A stretch of DNA of 64,000 nt from the NCBI RefSeq assembly GCF_006345805.1, contig NC_043014.1, forward strand, positions 45,136,001 through 45,200,000. The letters run 5' to 3'. Positions 38,462-52,210 of the stretch are shown here, in pieces. The notes below the pieces were generated by a model. That model searched no databases. It was not told where the DNA came from and worked only from the letters and a program-made list of their open reading frames with translations. This stretch comes from Octopus sinensis. Taxonomy: Eukaryota. The translations under genes and the position numbers were made by a program. Numbering within the stretch: position 1 is the stretch's first letter; the number at the start of each line of letters is the position of its first letter.

Positions 38462-40906
38462 TGAAAGCCTGGATGAACAACAGAGTGGACATGGCTGTGC
38501 AGTGAGACTGAAGCTGAAACAACACGGTTGTGAAGCAAATTTCAGAACCGCACAGTTACGCTAGCACTTACGGCTATGCATCAGCCTATGACTATTATGT
38601 GCACCAAATGTTCAAAATGATGTGAATCAGAAGATGTGACAAAGTGAGAAATAAATTATCGCTACTTCAGAGAGTGCAGAAGTTACTGAAACCATTTACA
38701 TTAATATTGTTAGAATTGAAGTAGATTTATCAAATGTCAATGTAGACATCAATGAGGAAAAACCAAGATCATTTAATTAATAACAATATGAATGCCAGGC
38801 CTAAGCTAAATAGAATCCAACATAATCTTCAAATAAGATTCAATTTGCCTCATCAACAATTCAAATAAATTGAAATTGATAATAGTTTCAAATGTAAAAA
38901 CAGTTACATATAGAGATGATATTCCAATATTTCAACTCCGATTGATCTTCATGGTTAATGTATTACAGTAATTATAGTGTTCGTTTGAAAAATTTTCGCC
39001 TACAGATATTTATAGCAATTATAGAAATGAGTGGAGCATGATCTGTTAGATCTGCAATATTAATGAGAGGCTTGAAGTGGTGATTCGCTATCACTTAACT
39101 TACAATTCCATTATCCCCTTTATCTACCTCCTGGTTGCAGAGTATTGAATTTCTACCATCATCTGTCCTACATACCAAACACGGTCATCATTCTGAATCA
39201 GTAACACTGTGGGGGATCCTTAACATAAGTATGCCAAATATTGAAACAGAGCTATAAATTTACCTCTAAAACAGTATTTACTTTTAGATAAGGTGCCTCA
39301 GGAATAATTTTCTAAAACTCATATATACCCTAACCAGAAAACTCTTTGTTCTAAAGCTATTAGTATACTGATAATAAAATCCAATTCTTTTTACATTCCA
39401 ATAAATAATGAGTAGATTCTTTATTCTTTCATATTTCAATGCAAAACTCTACATAAAATACTCAATAATTAACATATTACAACTGAGACATTCTTTTACA
39501 TCCCTTCTCCTAGATTTGTAGATATTTCATGAAAAACAGAAATATCTCATACATAATCTAGTTTAAAATTTGAAGGGTTTCTCATGCTATTAGATGAGTG
39601 CTTTGTGTAGGAATCTCATCTTTCTACTTAGTCATTAATTGCTTTAATAGTAAGCTAAGGCCACCCATATCAAAGTGTTCGTATTGAAATTAAAACCTCT
39701 CATAACAACACGAATGATATTGTGATATTTCAGTGGGTCAACACCAACATGAATATATATAAATATGTAATAAAGTAATATGCATTTTATGAAAACTCTA
39801 AAAACGCATGACTGTATTAAAAATTATTTGAAAAGCAAAGGCATTCTACCAAGAAATCTGGTCACAAAAAGGGTTAAATGAATAACCATTATTTAGATAT
39901 ATCCTTATTTGTCAAGAGACATTCCTGAAGTGGTTTTCACCACAATCCAAAATTCTGAAACTATTTGCATTCTAAAATGAAATACAAGAAATACAGTTTT
40001 TTTTTTTTGTTTTTTTCATTTACCTCTCATTTCAATACTTCAAACAATTATAAATACAGATTAGAGAGAAATTGATTAAATACAACACTAAACATGTAAA
40101 ACAATTAAAGAACACTTTAAAGTATTTTATAATTAATTTCTAAATATTTTAATGGTATAATTCACATATTTTCACAAAAATGCTCAGTACCCAATTATAT
40201 ATCTATATATTGATTATATTGAAAAAAAAAAAAAACCCACCAAGATTAAGTACATGTTTACGTAAAGATATTGTAATCAAAAACATTATTAATGTTTTTG
40301 ACTACATTGATTTATTATTAACATATAGATGATTATCTGTATATAAAAATACATGAGTTTATATGTATGTATAAAAGCATGGGCATGTCTTCATTTTCTT
40401 TTTTAATTTATTTTATTCCATGAACCTAATGCCTGTTCAAAAAAAATATTAATAAATTATATAGTTTTACAGTATAAATGCATAATAGGGTTAGATATTA
40501 TCAAGAGAGCTTCAATTGTTCAACTTTTATTAAAAATGAATATTTATAGAAATATGAATTATGAACAATTGAATAAAATATTATTTCATAATATATTACA
40601 ATGTTGCCTTTATTTTACAGCTTTTGTATTTTTATAAGAATATTTATAACAAACCTCAAACATTTATCAAACACTTTTCCCTTGAATCAAAGTTAGTTTG
40701 ATTTTCATTTACAAACCCCTAATATTTCAAACTAAGTGATTGCTTACATTAAAAAAGGACCTCACTCATGTAAGAATAATGAAGGGTGGTCAATTGTTTT
40801 GTTTTTGATATCATGTTTCAGGGCAGTGAATAAAGCAATAGAAAAAATGTTTTGCTTTTAAATAAACTATTTGGTTTCTTTTTGGACAGACCTTGTATAC
40901 CTAGAT

Positions 40907-41135
40907 AGTTTGCTGGACATTGTTGTAGAGCTGAAAAAGAGGTAATTTCTACTCTTCTCCTCTGGAAGCCATCTACTCGCAATACCAGAGGGCGCACACT
41001 CTCCTACCCTGATGTAATCTCCAGGGATACAGGCATCCAGCAACAGGACCTCCGTAATGCCATGATGGACCGTGAAGTCTGGCGTAGCATGGTAAATTCC
41101 ATTGTCTCGACCACGGTCGAACAATGATGATGATG
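40907..41135 (+). mobile_element. Short 5'-truncated RTE LINE copy with target site duplication
   Basis: Reads FAGHCCRAEKEVISTLLLWKPSTRNTRGRTLSYPDVISRDTG...VWRSMVNSIVSTTVEQ*, then (TGA)n. ATACCTAGAT is duplicated at 40897-40906 and 41136-41145. Confidence 0.92.
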
Positions 41136-41169
41136 ATACCTAGATGCCATTATCAACAGCAACAATATC

Positions 41170-41420
41170 ACTACCTTCATTGTTTTAATATCCTCTTTTC
41201 CATGCTTGCATGGGTTAGATAAGAATACCCTGGAAGAGAGCTTTCTAAGGCCAGATGCCCTTCCTGACACTAATCCATACCTGTTTCCAAGCAAGATAAT
41301 AATCCACTCTGTCTATTGAACTACAAACAACCTGAACGTGGTTATGCAGAGAACTGGAAACAAATGATACAGTTTGATGTACCTTTTGTTTACAGAGATC
41401 ACACAACATGCCAAGAAGTG
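41170..41420 (-). mobile_element. Family C-related element
   Basis: TTTTCCATGCTTGCATGGGTTAGAT...GGCCAGATGCCCTTCCTGACAC. Confidence 0.7.
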
Positions 41421-41559
41421 CAAACATGCCCCCACAGTAGACTGCAAGAAAAGAATACCATCTGTGGGACTAGTGAAGCCTTTGTTTACAGTTAATAAAC
41501 ACACGTGAAACGAAGGGAAATACAAGCTTACTCACACAATATATTATACACACATACAC

Positions 41560-42420
41560 ACAGAGGCTTCTGGAGAAGAAATGGGCACCCAGTTTACACT
41601 GGCTAGAAAGTATAGAATTCCGATTAACTCCTTATCAGCATATCAAGTTTGATTACTTCCCAGATAGGAGTAGAGCTCTGTCATCTTTGCTTTAAACTAA
41701 AACTTGTCTTTACTAGATAAACCTCAACTCTCTCTCTTAAGCATTGCTTCCCTATTTAGAATTTCTTCTGATTCTTCTGATTCTGCAACAAATTCAGATG
41801 TGAAAACTAGGTCAATGGTATGAAGAAGTTCCCACAGAGAGACAATCCTTATTTTTTTCCTGTTTCAGTCTAGAGGACTATAATAAAGAGAAGGTGGCTG
41901 GGAATGAAAACCAGATGGTATGGACTCCAACCTAAATTTTTTTGCTAACTGTTGACAGAATCCTTGTACATGGTTTGCATGGCACTCCAAACCATTCAAC
42001 ATTCATCAAGCTTTTTTAGTAACCATCTGACTACAGAATTTGGCACCTAACAAAAGGCTTTCAGCAGTTCAATACATTCCAGCTGTAGTACCTGATCCTT
42101 TGGTATAAACTGCCCCTAATGTTGTGTCTCTAGGCAGAGGCCAACAGTGGTACTATATTCAAGTACAAACCTAAATTGCATTTCATCTAAGTTTTCTTCC
42201 AAATTAATAGTACTATATAATGCTATCTGGTATTTGTAACCTATTCCATCAATTTGATATCTCTTCAAGTCACTTTCCATGTCATAGGTCTTTATCTTCT
42301 TTTCCTTGATAAAGCTTCACCTAGTATTTCTTTGAATAATTTCTAGCCAAAGAATCTTTTAGTTCTCATATCTTTCTTTAGATTCATTTATCATTGCAAT
42401 ACGAAGCCATCTGCAAGAAG
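41560..42420 (-). mobile_element. RTE LINE reverse-transcriptase fossil
   Basis: Reverse strand NLDEMQFRFV...LKAFC*VPNSVVRWLLKK...MQTMYKDSV resembles +DEMQFGF...DLEKAFDRVPR.V+WWA+RK...VQAMY. Confidence 0.75.
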
Positions 42421-43183
42421 GCTTCATAGAAACAGGTTCTTTTGCTCAATTCTGATTTTAGTGAATATATAGAGATAACAATTGCTATATATTGTGTGTG
42501 TGTGTGTGTGTGTGTGTGTGCATGCACACAAGCATGTGCTACTGTGAATGCAGTATCTTTAAGTCATCATGTTTGTGAATCAAAAAGAAGCTAGTATGCA
42601 ATATTACTGCAAAGATGTATGCTTCTGAATGCACAATTTTCTTTCCTTTGTGCACTTGTAAAAACAAGTGCACAAAGGAAAAAGATTGTGCACACACATG
42701 AGGTTTTCAGTATGAAACCAAACTTGCTTTCATTGAAGGAAATAATCACTTAATTTCATCATAACATCATAAAAATACACATTTCAAGATGCTGTGCATT
42801 TTCTTAGGTTATCAATATGGCATTTGAGCAATGGTTACTTACACAGATATGCACATATTTGCAAAAAAAGATAAAATATTACACACTTGTATACATACAT
42901 ACACACACACACACACACAAACTCACTCACAAATATCCACACATACACTCATATACTTATACATATATTATATCCATACACACATGCATACATACACATA
43001 TGGGCATGCACACACATTCACACACATACACACATACACACACTGCATGATTAAGAAGCTCACTTCAGGACTATGTGGTTTAGGGTTTGTTCCTACTGCA
43101 CAGACACTGTTGGGCGGAGTCTGCTGATGTAGCAGTGAGTTAACCAATGCCTTGTGGGTGAAAATTGGTGGGATGAATCCTGC

Positions 43184-43329
<146 letters not shown>

Positions 43330-43859
43330 GTGTGTGATGTGTGAGTGAGCATATGTTTCCCCTTGAGCGAAATAAAGAGAGCTAATTGTAAACAAATTAA
43401 CATTCTACAAATAGTGTCATTTGTTCATTATCCTTAGTGAAAGTATATCCAATTATGCTACTGTTTCTTGTGTGAAGTTCTAAATATTACCTAGATGGAA
43501 ACACAAGAGAGTTGGCAACAGGAAGACCATCGGACCATAGAAAACACTGCTTCAAGAAAGTTTCATCTGACGCATGCAAGCATGGAAAAGTAGATGGTAA
43601 ATGATGATGATAATAATTACAACAAAGACACCATTTGGGAAAATACTTCAGCAGTGAAACAAATGTACAACTCTCAAAGATATTTATATAAAACTACATA
43701 CACACACACACACACGCAATACACACATGTACATATACATATGTAAACATGTGTTTACATGTATACTCACGCACACATGTACACACAAATATCCATGTGT
43801 GCACATGTATACATACATACATCCCTGCATATACATACATAAAAACCTTGTCAACCATC

Positions 43860-44470
43860 CTTACTATTGTAACTAAAAGCAGAACAATTGTCTCTGATGC
43901 TCTAAATCTTTTGAAAGGAATATTCCGAGGAGACAGACTGTCTGTGATTCTGTTTATTTTGGCTCTAAATCCACTGTAATTTCTTTTACAAAACTAAAGT
44001 GGTTTTGTGCTAAGGTCTACAACAATAAGAAACAACAAATGTAACCCGTAATTTCTTTATTGTTGATAATGATCTACACTACTCTTATTGAGAAATGACT
44101 GGATTTAATAACAATGTTCTCAGCTGATATAAGGATGGAATCTGGCCAAAAGAAATGTTCATATTGGATGGTGGAACATGAGAAAATTCATTTCTCAAAG
44201 CAAAGTTCTTTACATTAATAGCAGCCATCACTCAGCTGTTCCACACAATGAGTGCTGCAAATACACAAGTATTGCTGGAAATATACCTCATACAGAAGAA
44301 CAAGAGTAGAGTGACCAAAGATTACTGCACCAGCTTTTAAAAATTTGGCAAAATGAGCTTTCCTCTTACACTGTTGTTATCAGCAGTGGTGTGGTCACAG
44401 GCATGGAAATGGTAATTCAAGATGTTGCTGAATGATTCTCATTCAGTGCTGGGTAGAGAGAGATAATGAA
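43860..44470 (+). mobile_element. R4/Dong-type non-LTR reverse-transcriptase fragment
   Basis: KGIFRGDRLSVILFILALNPL (GIFQGDSLSPLLF.LALNPL), then VDNDL (YMDDL equivalent) and FSADIRMESGQKKC (FSxDIxMxFGxxKC). Confidence 0.75.
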
Positions 44471-44505
44471 TCTTATGTAAATTCAACAGGGGGGACAAGC
44501 TACTG

Positions 44506-44900
44506 GAAACCTGGACGTTATCAAAGAAGCTTGAGAGGCGATTGGATGGAACCTACACTCGCCTCCTTATGAGAGCTCAAAATCTCTTCTGGAAGCGTCA
44601 TCCAACCAAAGTACAAATATATGGGAAACTGCCACCTGTGTCATCTCTTGTGAAAGGTAGGAGAGTCCAGTTTGCTGGACATTGTTGTAGGGCTGAAAAT
44701 GAGGCAATTTCTACTCTTCTCCTATGGAAGCCATCTACTCGCAACACCAGAGGGCGCACACTCTCCTACCCTGATGTAATCTCCAGGGATACAGGCATCC
44801 AACAACAGGACCTCTGTAATGCTATGATGGACCATGAAGTCTGGCGTAGCATGGTAAATTCCATTGTCTCGACCACGGTCGAACAATGATGATGATGATA
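44506..44900 (+). mobile_element. 5'-truncated RTE LINE copy with open 3' ORF
   Basis: ETWTLSKKLERRLDGTYTRLLMRAQN...RRVQFAGHCCRA...STTVEQ*, then (TGA)n. Near-identical to the copy at 40907. Confidence 0.92.
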
Positions 44901-45249
44901 ACTGAAAAATCACAGCTGTATGGTAGAAATGATTGTTAAGAATAGGAAGTCAGTGTCAGTGGTACCAGAGATGTCATCATTGTTAGCCATAAACTTTCAC
45001 TTGCATTTGCGGTAAGTGCAATAACAAGTATCCCTTATGTCCTGTTTCATCATCAGTGTTCTAAGTACATCACCATTTGCAGCATCACTGGTCCTCCAAC
45101 AGGATTTTGACCATGTTTTTGGAAGAACTCTATGGTTTATCATCACATATATTGGGTTTCCAGCTGATAGCTTGGTCAACATGTCAATCTGGATGTTTCA
45201 GACAGTGTCCATCAGGCTGTAGCTGGGCTTCTTGCTATCTATTTAATTA

Positions 45250-45480
45250 AGGTGGTGAGCTGGCAGAAACGTTAGGACGCCGGGCGAAATGCATAGCCGT
45301 ATTTCGTCTGCCGTTACGTTCTGAGTTCAAATTCTGCCGAGGTTGACTTTGCCTTTCATCCTTTCGGGGTCGATAAATTAAGTACCAGTTACGCACTGGG
45401 GTCGATGTAATCGACTTAATCCGTTTGTCTGTACTTGTTTGTCCCCTCTGTGTTTAGCCCCTTGTGGGTAGTAAAGAAAT
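45250..45480 (+). mobile_element. Family A SINE
   Basis: GGTGGTGAGCTGGCAGAAACGTTAG...GTGGGTAGTAAAGAAAT, full length. Confidence 0.9.
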
Positions 45481-45599
45481 ATATCTAGGTAGATTACTGG
45501 AATTTCACCAAAGAATTGTACATTTTCTCTATCTATTTAAATAATAAAAGGACACATCAGGAAATGTAGTTCTACATAGCTCTAAAAAGACAAGATTGC

Positions 45600-45950
45600 C
45601 ACAGCTGATATGCATTTAATTATAGATTTGCTCAATAAAGGCTGGCTTGAGTCTATGCAACATCAACCTATTATTTCACAGTTGAAAGTATTAGCTGTTA
45701 GGGGTGTTGTACAACTGAGAAGTGATTTGGTAGTTTGAAGTACTGGGCTTAAATCCACCATGGACGTAGATAAACTATTTCACACCAGACTGATGGATGT
45801 ATTCCCCACTGAAGCTAATACATCAAATCACCCATTGATAAATAACATTGATACAGACTTTCTAAAACAACAAATATCATTATACACTATATATATATTT
45901 TATTCCGATTCTATTATTAGTCCATATTTTGTACAGTGTGCTGCTTTATA
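45600..45950 (+). mobile_element. Jockey/I-like reverse-transcriptase fossil
   Basis: MDVDKLF then, after a frameshift, TDGCI, then LINNIDTDFLKQ; resembles LDVEKAFD.VWHDGL+YKL...L+..I..+L. Confidence 0.4.
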
Positions 45951-46920
45951 ATTATTGTCAAAATAATGAAAATTGTTTCTAACATTTCTGATAATAATAG
46001 TGTTATTTTTACGTGGGTGTAAGACTACTAGATGTGAGAATGGTAAGTTTTAATGCTTAAACCTTTTCCGAAGACATTATCAATATAATGAACTGATATT
46101 AGAATCAAAATCAAGCCATAGATATAGATTGCCAGGAGCCTATCTCTAAATATGGTGTATGCTGCATGCAACAGTTATAATAATGATTTCTCACATTGAC
46201 ATGAGGTCTGGTTATAGATTTATTGACAATGGGTAAAGATCAATTGAATCAATGCAAATATACTACTGGCTCTTGTTTTATCAACTTTGAAATATTTAAA
46301 GATAAAGTTGATATCGATAGAATTTCAAATCTAAATATACATATGGATTAAGTTAAGTATAATTAGGTTTGGGTAACTTCATTAATAGTAATTTCTCATA
46401 GGCACAAACAAGATCTTAAATTTAAAAGAAGAGGAAAGGCAATATTATTGAGTCCAGTACTTTGATAATATTTAATTTATTGACCTAGTAACAAAGATAG
46501 ACAAGCTTATCTTCAAAGATATTTACACTTAGAACATAGAGACAACTAAATACCACAAGACATTTTGTCTGTCCTTCTACCAAATCTGTCAATCCAAAGC
46601 AATAATATCAATTTTTTTCTTACATGTTTGAGATTCTGTGTGGGAGTTATTTATATTAATGGCATTCTTAAGAAGCATTAGTGACATCAATGTGAAATTA
46701 AATAATAACATTAACAACAATGACAACAAAAATGATATAAAAATATCTTGTAATAATAAATTAAAATATAAATAGGTGGCTGAAAATTAAAAGGATCAGA
46801 AACAAGAAAACATATTAAAAAAATACAACTTTGAATTATGAAATATGTTCCATAAAAGTAAACATTTTTATCACAATAACACTTCTATATCCAGGCATAA
46901 ATAACCAAAACAAACACAAG

Positions 46921-46942
46921 TGTACACACACACACACACACA

Positions 46943-46990
<48 letters not shown>

Positions 46991-47056
46991 ACACACACAC
47001 ACACAGACACACACACACACACACACACACAACACACACACACACACACACACACT
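46921..47056. repeat. Imperfect (CA)n microsatellite
   Basis: Directly visible. Confidence 0.95.
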
Positions 47057-48239
47057 CCTGCTCCCTCTCTATCTCATTCACTATATATGTGTGCATCAAT
47101 GTATGTGTGTACATTGATACTTGCTTGTGGAAGAAATTTGACCACACTTTGCAAAAGGACTATGAATTACATAATAGCAAGTGAATTACATGATATAATA
47201 ATTAAAAGTCTATATATTGCGCATGTACATCTGTTACTCTCCAAAAATGAGAGGTTATCAAGCACCATGATAACCTGTCATATTTAGATAGAAGTAGATG
47301 GTTACATGTAGCATTTTAAAATTTTAACTATTATATATTATATATATTGTGTCAATATTTATGAGTGTGAATATGTATGTATGTGCATGTGTGAATACAT
47401 TTGTGCATATGTATGTGTAGCTAAGTAGTGAGAGAGAGAGAGGGGAGAGATAAGAATGGTGTACATACAGATATTCATGTGCATACTTTCATACAAATTT
47501 AATTACAAGTCTTTCAGGGAATGTTAAGTTAAGAAAACATTTTTTAAAAAATATACCGGAATCAAAGAAATGTGCTGGCATGTGTAATTTAATAAAGATG
47601 ACGAAAAAAAAGAAGAAGAAAAAGCATTTTTCAATAAGATGTTTCCACAATCAATTTGATGCACATCTATTTATAGAAATACCATTAATACTTTCAATCA
47701 AATGTTAAAAGCCATTATTTCATATGAAGACAGAAAAATGTTATTGCTAGATGTTTGCCATGCATTATTAACAAGTTGAAACTGTTCTAAAACAAGAGTT
47801 ATATATCAAAGTGAAATTAGAAAAATCAAAATTGAAAAAAAAAAAAAAAAAAAAAATAGGAAGGAAGAAAGAAAATCAATTTAACGAAAATAAAAGTTTA
47901 TAAAATATATTTGAAAATGTTTAATTAAGCTGTTTCACAGATTAGTTGCAATTTTTTATGCAGAAATTGGAAATAAACCAAAGAAAAATATTCTGTCAGT
48001 TTAACCTTTATAACAACCACCAACATGCAAGAAGATAGGGTTGAAACAAAAAGGTCGAGCTCCTTTTTTACATATTTTTTTTAAGGCTAATTAGGATCTA
48101 GCTGCAATTAACAATATGTGAAAAAATATATTTTCAATTAATATGTTCACATTTTTTTCGCTGATATCAATTAAGACTAAACTTGAGATAATTATTGAAA
48201 TATTTTCCCAGAAAACTAATTAGATACTTTCTAATTTAA

Positions 48240-49870
48240 ATATTAATCTGCTTGGCAATAGCTGCTCTTCCTGAACAAATTTCTTAAATGGTCCAAATTC
48301 AAAGGGAAATCTCACAAATTCATAACAAGAATTTTCATTGTAATCTAATATACAGAATGAAATTATAATTTCTTAAAAGGTCAGTAACTTTAAGGCTAAG
48401 TTCACAATAACCTGTATCATATTTTCATAGCCTTTCATTAACATCTGTGAAACAGGGGCTACTTAGTCAAATTAAAAGTCTAATGTTATTGATGTATTAC
48501 TAATGAAGTAATGCCGAAACTCTTGAGAATTCAATTAACTTACAAGATATATGCTTTTACAATTGATCTAGTAATGAATTTTCTTAAGAAGCTTTGATGT
48601 AACTATCACTTCTGCTATGTTGATTATGTGTCAGTAAATCTGCAATCGTTCTTGGAAACTCAAGGCTAATGAAGACATCACTAACTCATCAGATATTCAA
48701 TGTTTTTGAAAATCAGCAATTCAACTAACATGGTTTCAATCATCTTTATAATTTGTATCAGTTAATTTAGCTCAGCATAATACTTCTTTTCTATTCTGGC
48801 TTCACTGACCATAACTCTTGCTCACACTCAACAGAAAAGTATTGTAATACTCCATTTGATAAAGAGCTTTAAGTAGGAAGGAATAAAAAAAAATTTTTTA
48901 TGCAAAATTTTATCCTCAACATAAATAAACAAGCCCTTTGATATCATATTTTAAAATTTAATTCTAAATTTTGATGCCACTTCAATTCACTCCAGAAAAT
49001 TTTCTCTTAAATTTTAATTGCACTATTAGTGACAAACATTAAGAGAGTAATTATTTCACATGCAGTTGCTGGTTTCCTTAGATAATTACTAGCAACTTCA
49101 CAATTGTCAATCTCAAATGACAAGTAAGATGCTTCTGAGATTGACAATGTATCTAATGCTATGATATTCTTATCTAACACTTGAGATAAATTCCAGTTTG
49201 ACTGGTTATTTAGCCTAACCTTTCTTTTGTGAGCCACACGGACACTTTTCTTTTACCAAGAAATTATTGACCCTAATAATAAGAAGCCATCATTCTCTAA
49301 GATGCAAAATTCCAAAATCCACAGAAGGTGTTCACAAAATGATATCTGAATTGAACAGACAAGAACCTACGATGAATATTATAATATAAAACGAAATTAA
49401 AGGTCTAAAAATATAGCACCTTCAATTTAGCTTATACCAGTAATGTTCTACACAAAATGCTTCTCAAATCCTACATGATCATTATTTTTGTAGCTAATAC
49501 TTATCCATGTTAAACCATATAAATTGCTTTGGTACTCTGAAAGCTGGGGCTAATGATATTCTAAGCAGCCCACATATTGTTGTATTCATGAACATGACAA
49601 TGTCTCCTATTAACTAATAATCTGTTAATGTCTTTGCACAATTGCTTCATTCCAACCAGTCCAACCTTATTGTTGTTACTAATAAAGGAATGTAATGATC
49701 TGCTGTGAAGTTCTTGTCAAATAATTGATTATCCAATATTCGCTCAAAACTGACTCTTACATCACAAATACCTTTTGTTACAACTTTCGACTTCTATCAT
49801 AAATTTGGGAACAATATATCACAAGACTTTATGTTGAAGGCTTTCAGATTACCAACAATATTAATAATTT
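48240..49870 (-). mobile_element. Degraded transposase, probably Academ superfamily
   Basis: Frameshifted motifs appear in Academ order: GWTGWN (P.WxGFN), LIGDIVM, KQFIWFNMDKY (K.I.W..P..Y), ILENDGFLLLGSIISW*KKSVRVAHK (E.G+...S+..++.GK.YxR.+RAHK), QIY*HIINIAEVI. Confidence 0.5.
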
Positions 49871-50077
49871 TTATACAGATTACACACACACACACACACA
49901 CGCACGTGCATAGTATAAACAAGAAAAGTGAATGCACATTGGTGAAATAGGAGAAAAAGAATATTCAATGCAAAAAAATAGTGATATAATATTATTTATT
50001 TGAAGTTGAAGCAGCTTATATATAAGTCCATATTCAATAGTGTGATTGTGAAGGTGCAGCTTCTGACACTATATATA

Positions 50078-50109
<32 letters not shown>

Positions 50110-50788
50110 AATCTCCAGCATGGCCGCAGTCAAATGACTGAAACAAGTAAAAGAATATATATATATATTAATGTGCACACACACACACACCACACCACAC
50201 CACACCCACATACACACCACACATATCTTGGTTTTAGAATAAGTACACTATGCCCCATGTATCATAAGAAGTGATTAAAAGTGTCGTCAAAGAAGGATAT
50301 ACAGGTGTATAATATTGCAACAGTAAAACCCTGTCAGATGAAATGGTGGATATGAAATGTCCATGCTGATGATGGTGCTGACAATGCTTGTGTAATTCAA
50401 GTCAACACATTATTGTTAGGTTCCTTTTCATGTTTAATTGAATTTAATTTATATCCAGCATACACTGGGTTTGCTTCCGCTTTTGTTTATTAATAATTAC
50501 AAGCCTTCTTTAGAAAACGTTTAGATCACAAAACAGAATGGAGAGAGACAAAAGTTAGAAGACAAAAGTTAAATTTACTGCATTTAGAAACTTCAAGTTA
50601 ACATCTAACCTGTATTCATTTCAAATTTTATTGGTTTGCCTTAAGATTCACACTCATCATATACTGACTTAGTGGAAAGCCTAAGCGACTGGTAAAGCAG
50701 TATCATCAAATGTTTCCTTCTAGAGCAAAGGAGGTAGGTACAGAAGTATCAATCAAACTGATGATATATGTCAAACATCACACACATG

Positions 50789-50821
<33 letters not shown>

Positions 50822-50824
<3 letters not shown>

Positions 50825-51214
50825 CCAGAACTATTGCCTGGCGTTGCTCGGGTTTGTTTCGACCCTTTAGAATTGGAATTTTTGAAAAGTAAAAATTTTG
50901 CATTATGTAGCTTGTTATTCTCTTTAAGTGAACATTTTTCTGGTTGAAATACACCAAAAAATGGCGACACAGCAGTCAAAAAATTGTAAAAAAAATAGGT
51001 ATTTTCATAGAAAAAAAAGCAGTTTTTGATGTAAATAATTTTTGGTCTTAACATGATCCGATTTGAATTTTATCTTCTACAGAATGAAGAGCAAGCCTTC
51101 TATCATACTCTCAATTTTGGTCAACTTGCAGCGCAGGGTCTCGGAGGAGATAGTGTTAGTTGAAGGCTACCAAACCTGCCACACACAGACAACTTCAGCT
51201 TTATATATATAGAT
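50822..51214 (+). mobile_element. Helentron/DINE-1-like non-autonomous element
   Basis: 5' ATACCAGAACTATTGCCTGGCGTTGCTCGGG (short subterminal palindrome) and 3' CAGCTTTATATATATAGAT, inserted in an AT run. Confidence 0.65.
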
Positions 51215-51299
51215 ATTATTTATATTATTATTATATATATATATATATTTAGACACACACAACCACCATAGCTATCTCTCTATTTATCTATCTGTATGT

Positions 51300-51560
51300 G
51301 TGTATTTGTGTACCTTTCTTCTTCTACTTCCACTTTTCCACTTGTGTCACCACCACTTACACCTACACAGACATTCACTACTTCTCAACATGCCTGACTT
51401 CTTCCCTTCTCTGGATCTTTCCTTCTCCTATGTTTCCGACAAAGAGCTCCGCTCGAAACGTTAAACCCTCCTTCTTTCCTTCTTTCCTGAGCGTCCAATA
51501 ATACTATATTTGTTCCACGTCCTCGCGTTGTTGTGTCTTTTTTGTACTTTCCTGTTTGGA
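51300..51560 (+). mobile_element. Penelope-like non-autonomous repeat carrying a minimal hammerhead motif
   Basis: Pyrimidine-rich arm, then GTTTCCGACAAAGAGCTCCGCTCGAAACGTTAAAC. Confidence 0.55.
51432..51466 (+). ncRNA. Degenerate minimal hammerhead ribozyme (Penelope type), likely inactive
   Basis: Stem I GTT/AAC, stem II GAGC-TCC-GCTC, GAAA, palindromic stem III AACGTT, cleavage triplet TTA. The core reads CCGACAA instead of CTGANGA. Confidence 0.55.
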
Positions 51561-51894
51561 TTAACTTTATATATATATATATATACATACATACATACAT
51601 ACATACATAGTGTTGTGTATGTGTGCAAGTAATACATATCACACACACACACATACATGTAGACATACATATGTTGTGAGTGGGATATATATATACATAC
51701 TTAGATGCATGCCAATACAGAACAGAATGAATATAGCATTAGATTCTCATCTGACAGCTCACATGACTCCCTCATCATCTATTTTCCAGGTAATTTCTCA
51801 AAACCTAATAATGATTATATTTTGCAGTTTTAGAAAATTAGCTAGTTAATTATAGAAGCTATTAATGCTGATGCTTTGGAAATGATACGGGAAT

Positions 51895-52210
<316 letters not shown>

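Noticed and set aside
41381-41440. Minus-strand segment with good AG/GT sites (STVGACLHFLACCVISVNK) that is phase-compatible with the 37.7 kb exon
   Set aside because: It overlaps a family C-related repeat also seen at about 1860-1935, so repeat origin is more likely.
45700-45800. Minus-strand FIYVHGGFKPSTSNY, resembling an attractin/MEGF8 Kelch repeat
   Set aside because: It is flanked by in-frame stops, has no usable splice sites, and the opposite strand is better explained as a LINE RT fossil.
48240-49870. Alternative readings of this fossil as SAMD9-like, cGAS/Mab-21-like or viral
   Set aside because: Only isolated short resemblances, whereas the Academ-type motifs appear colinearly along the region.
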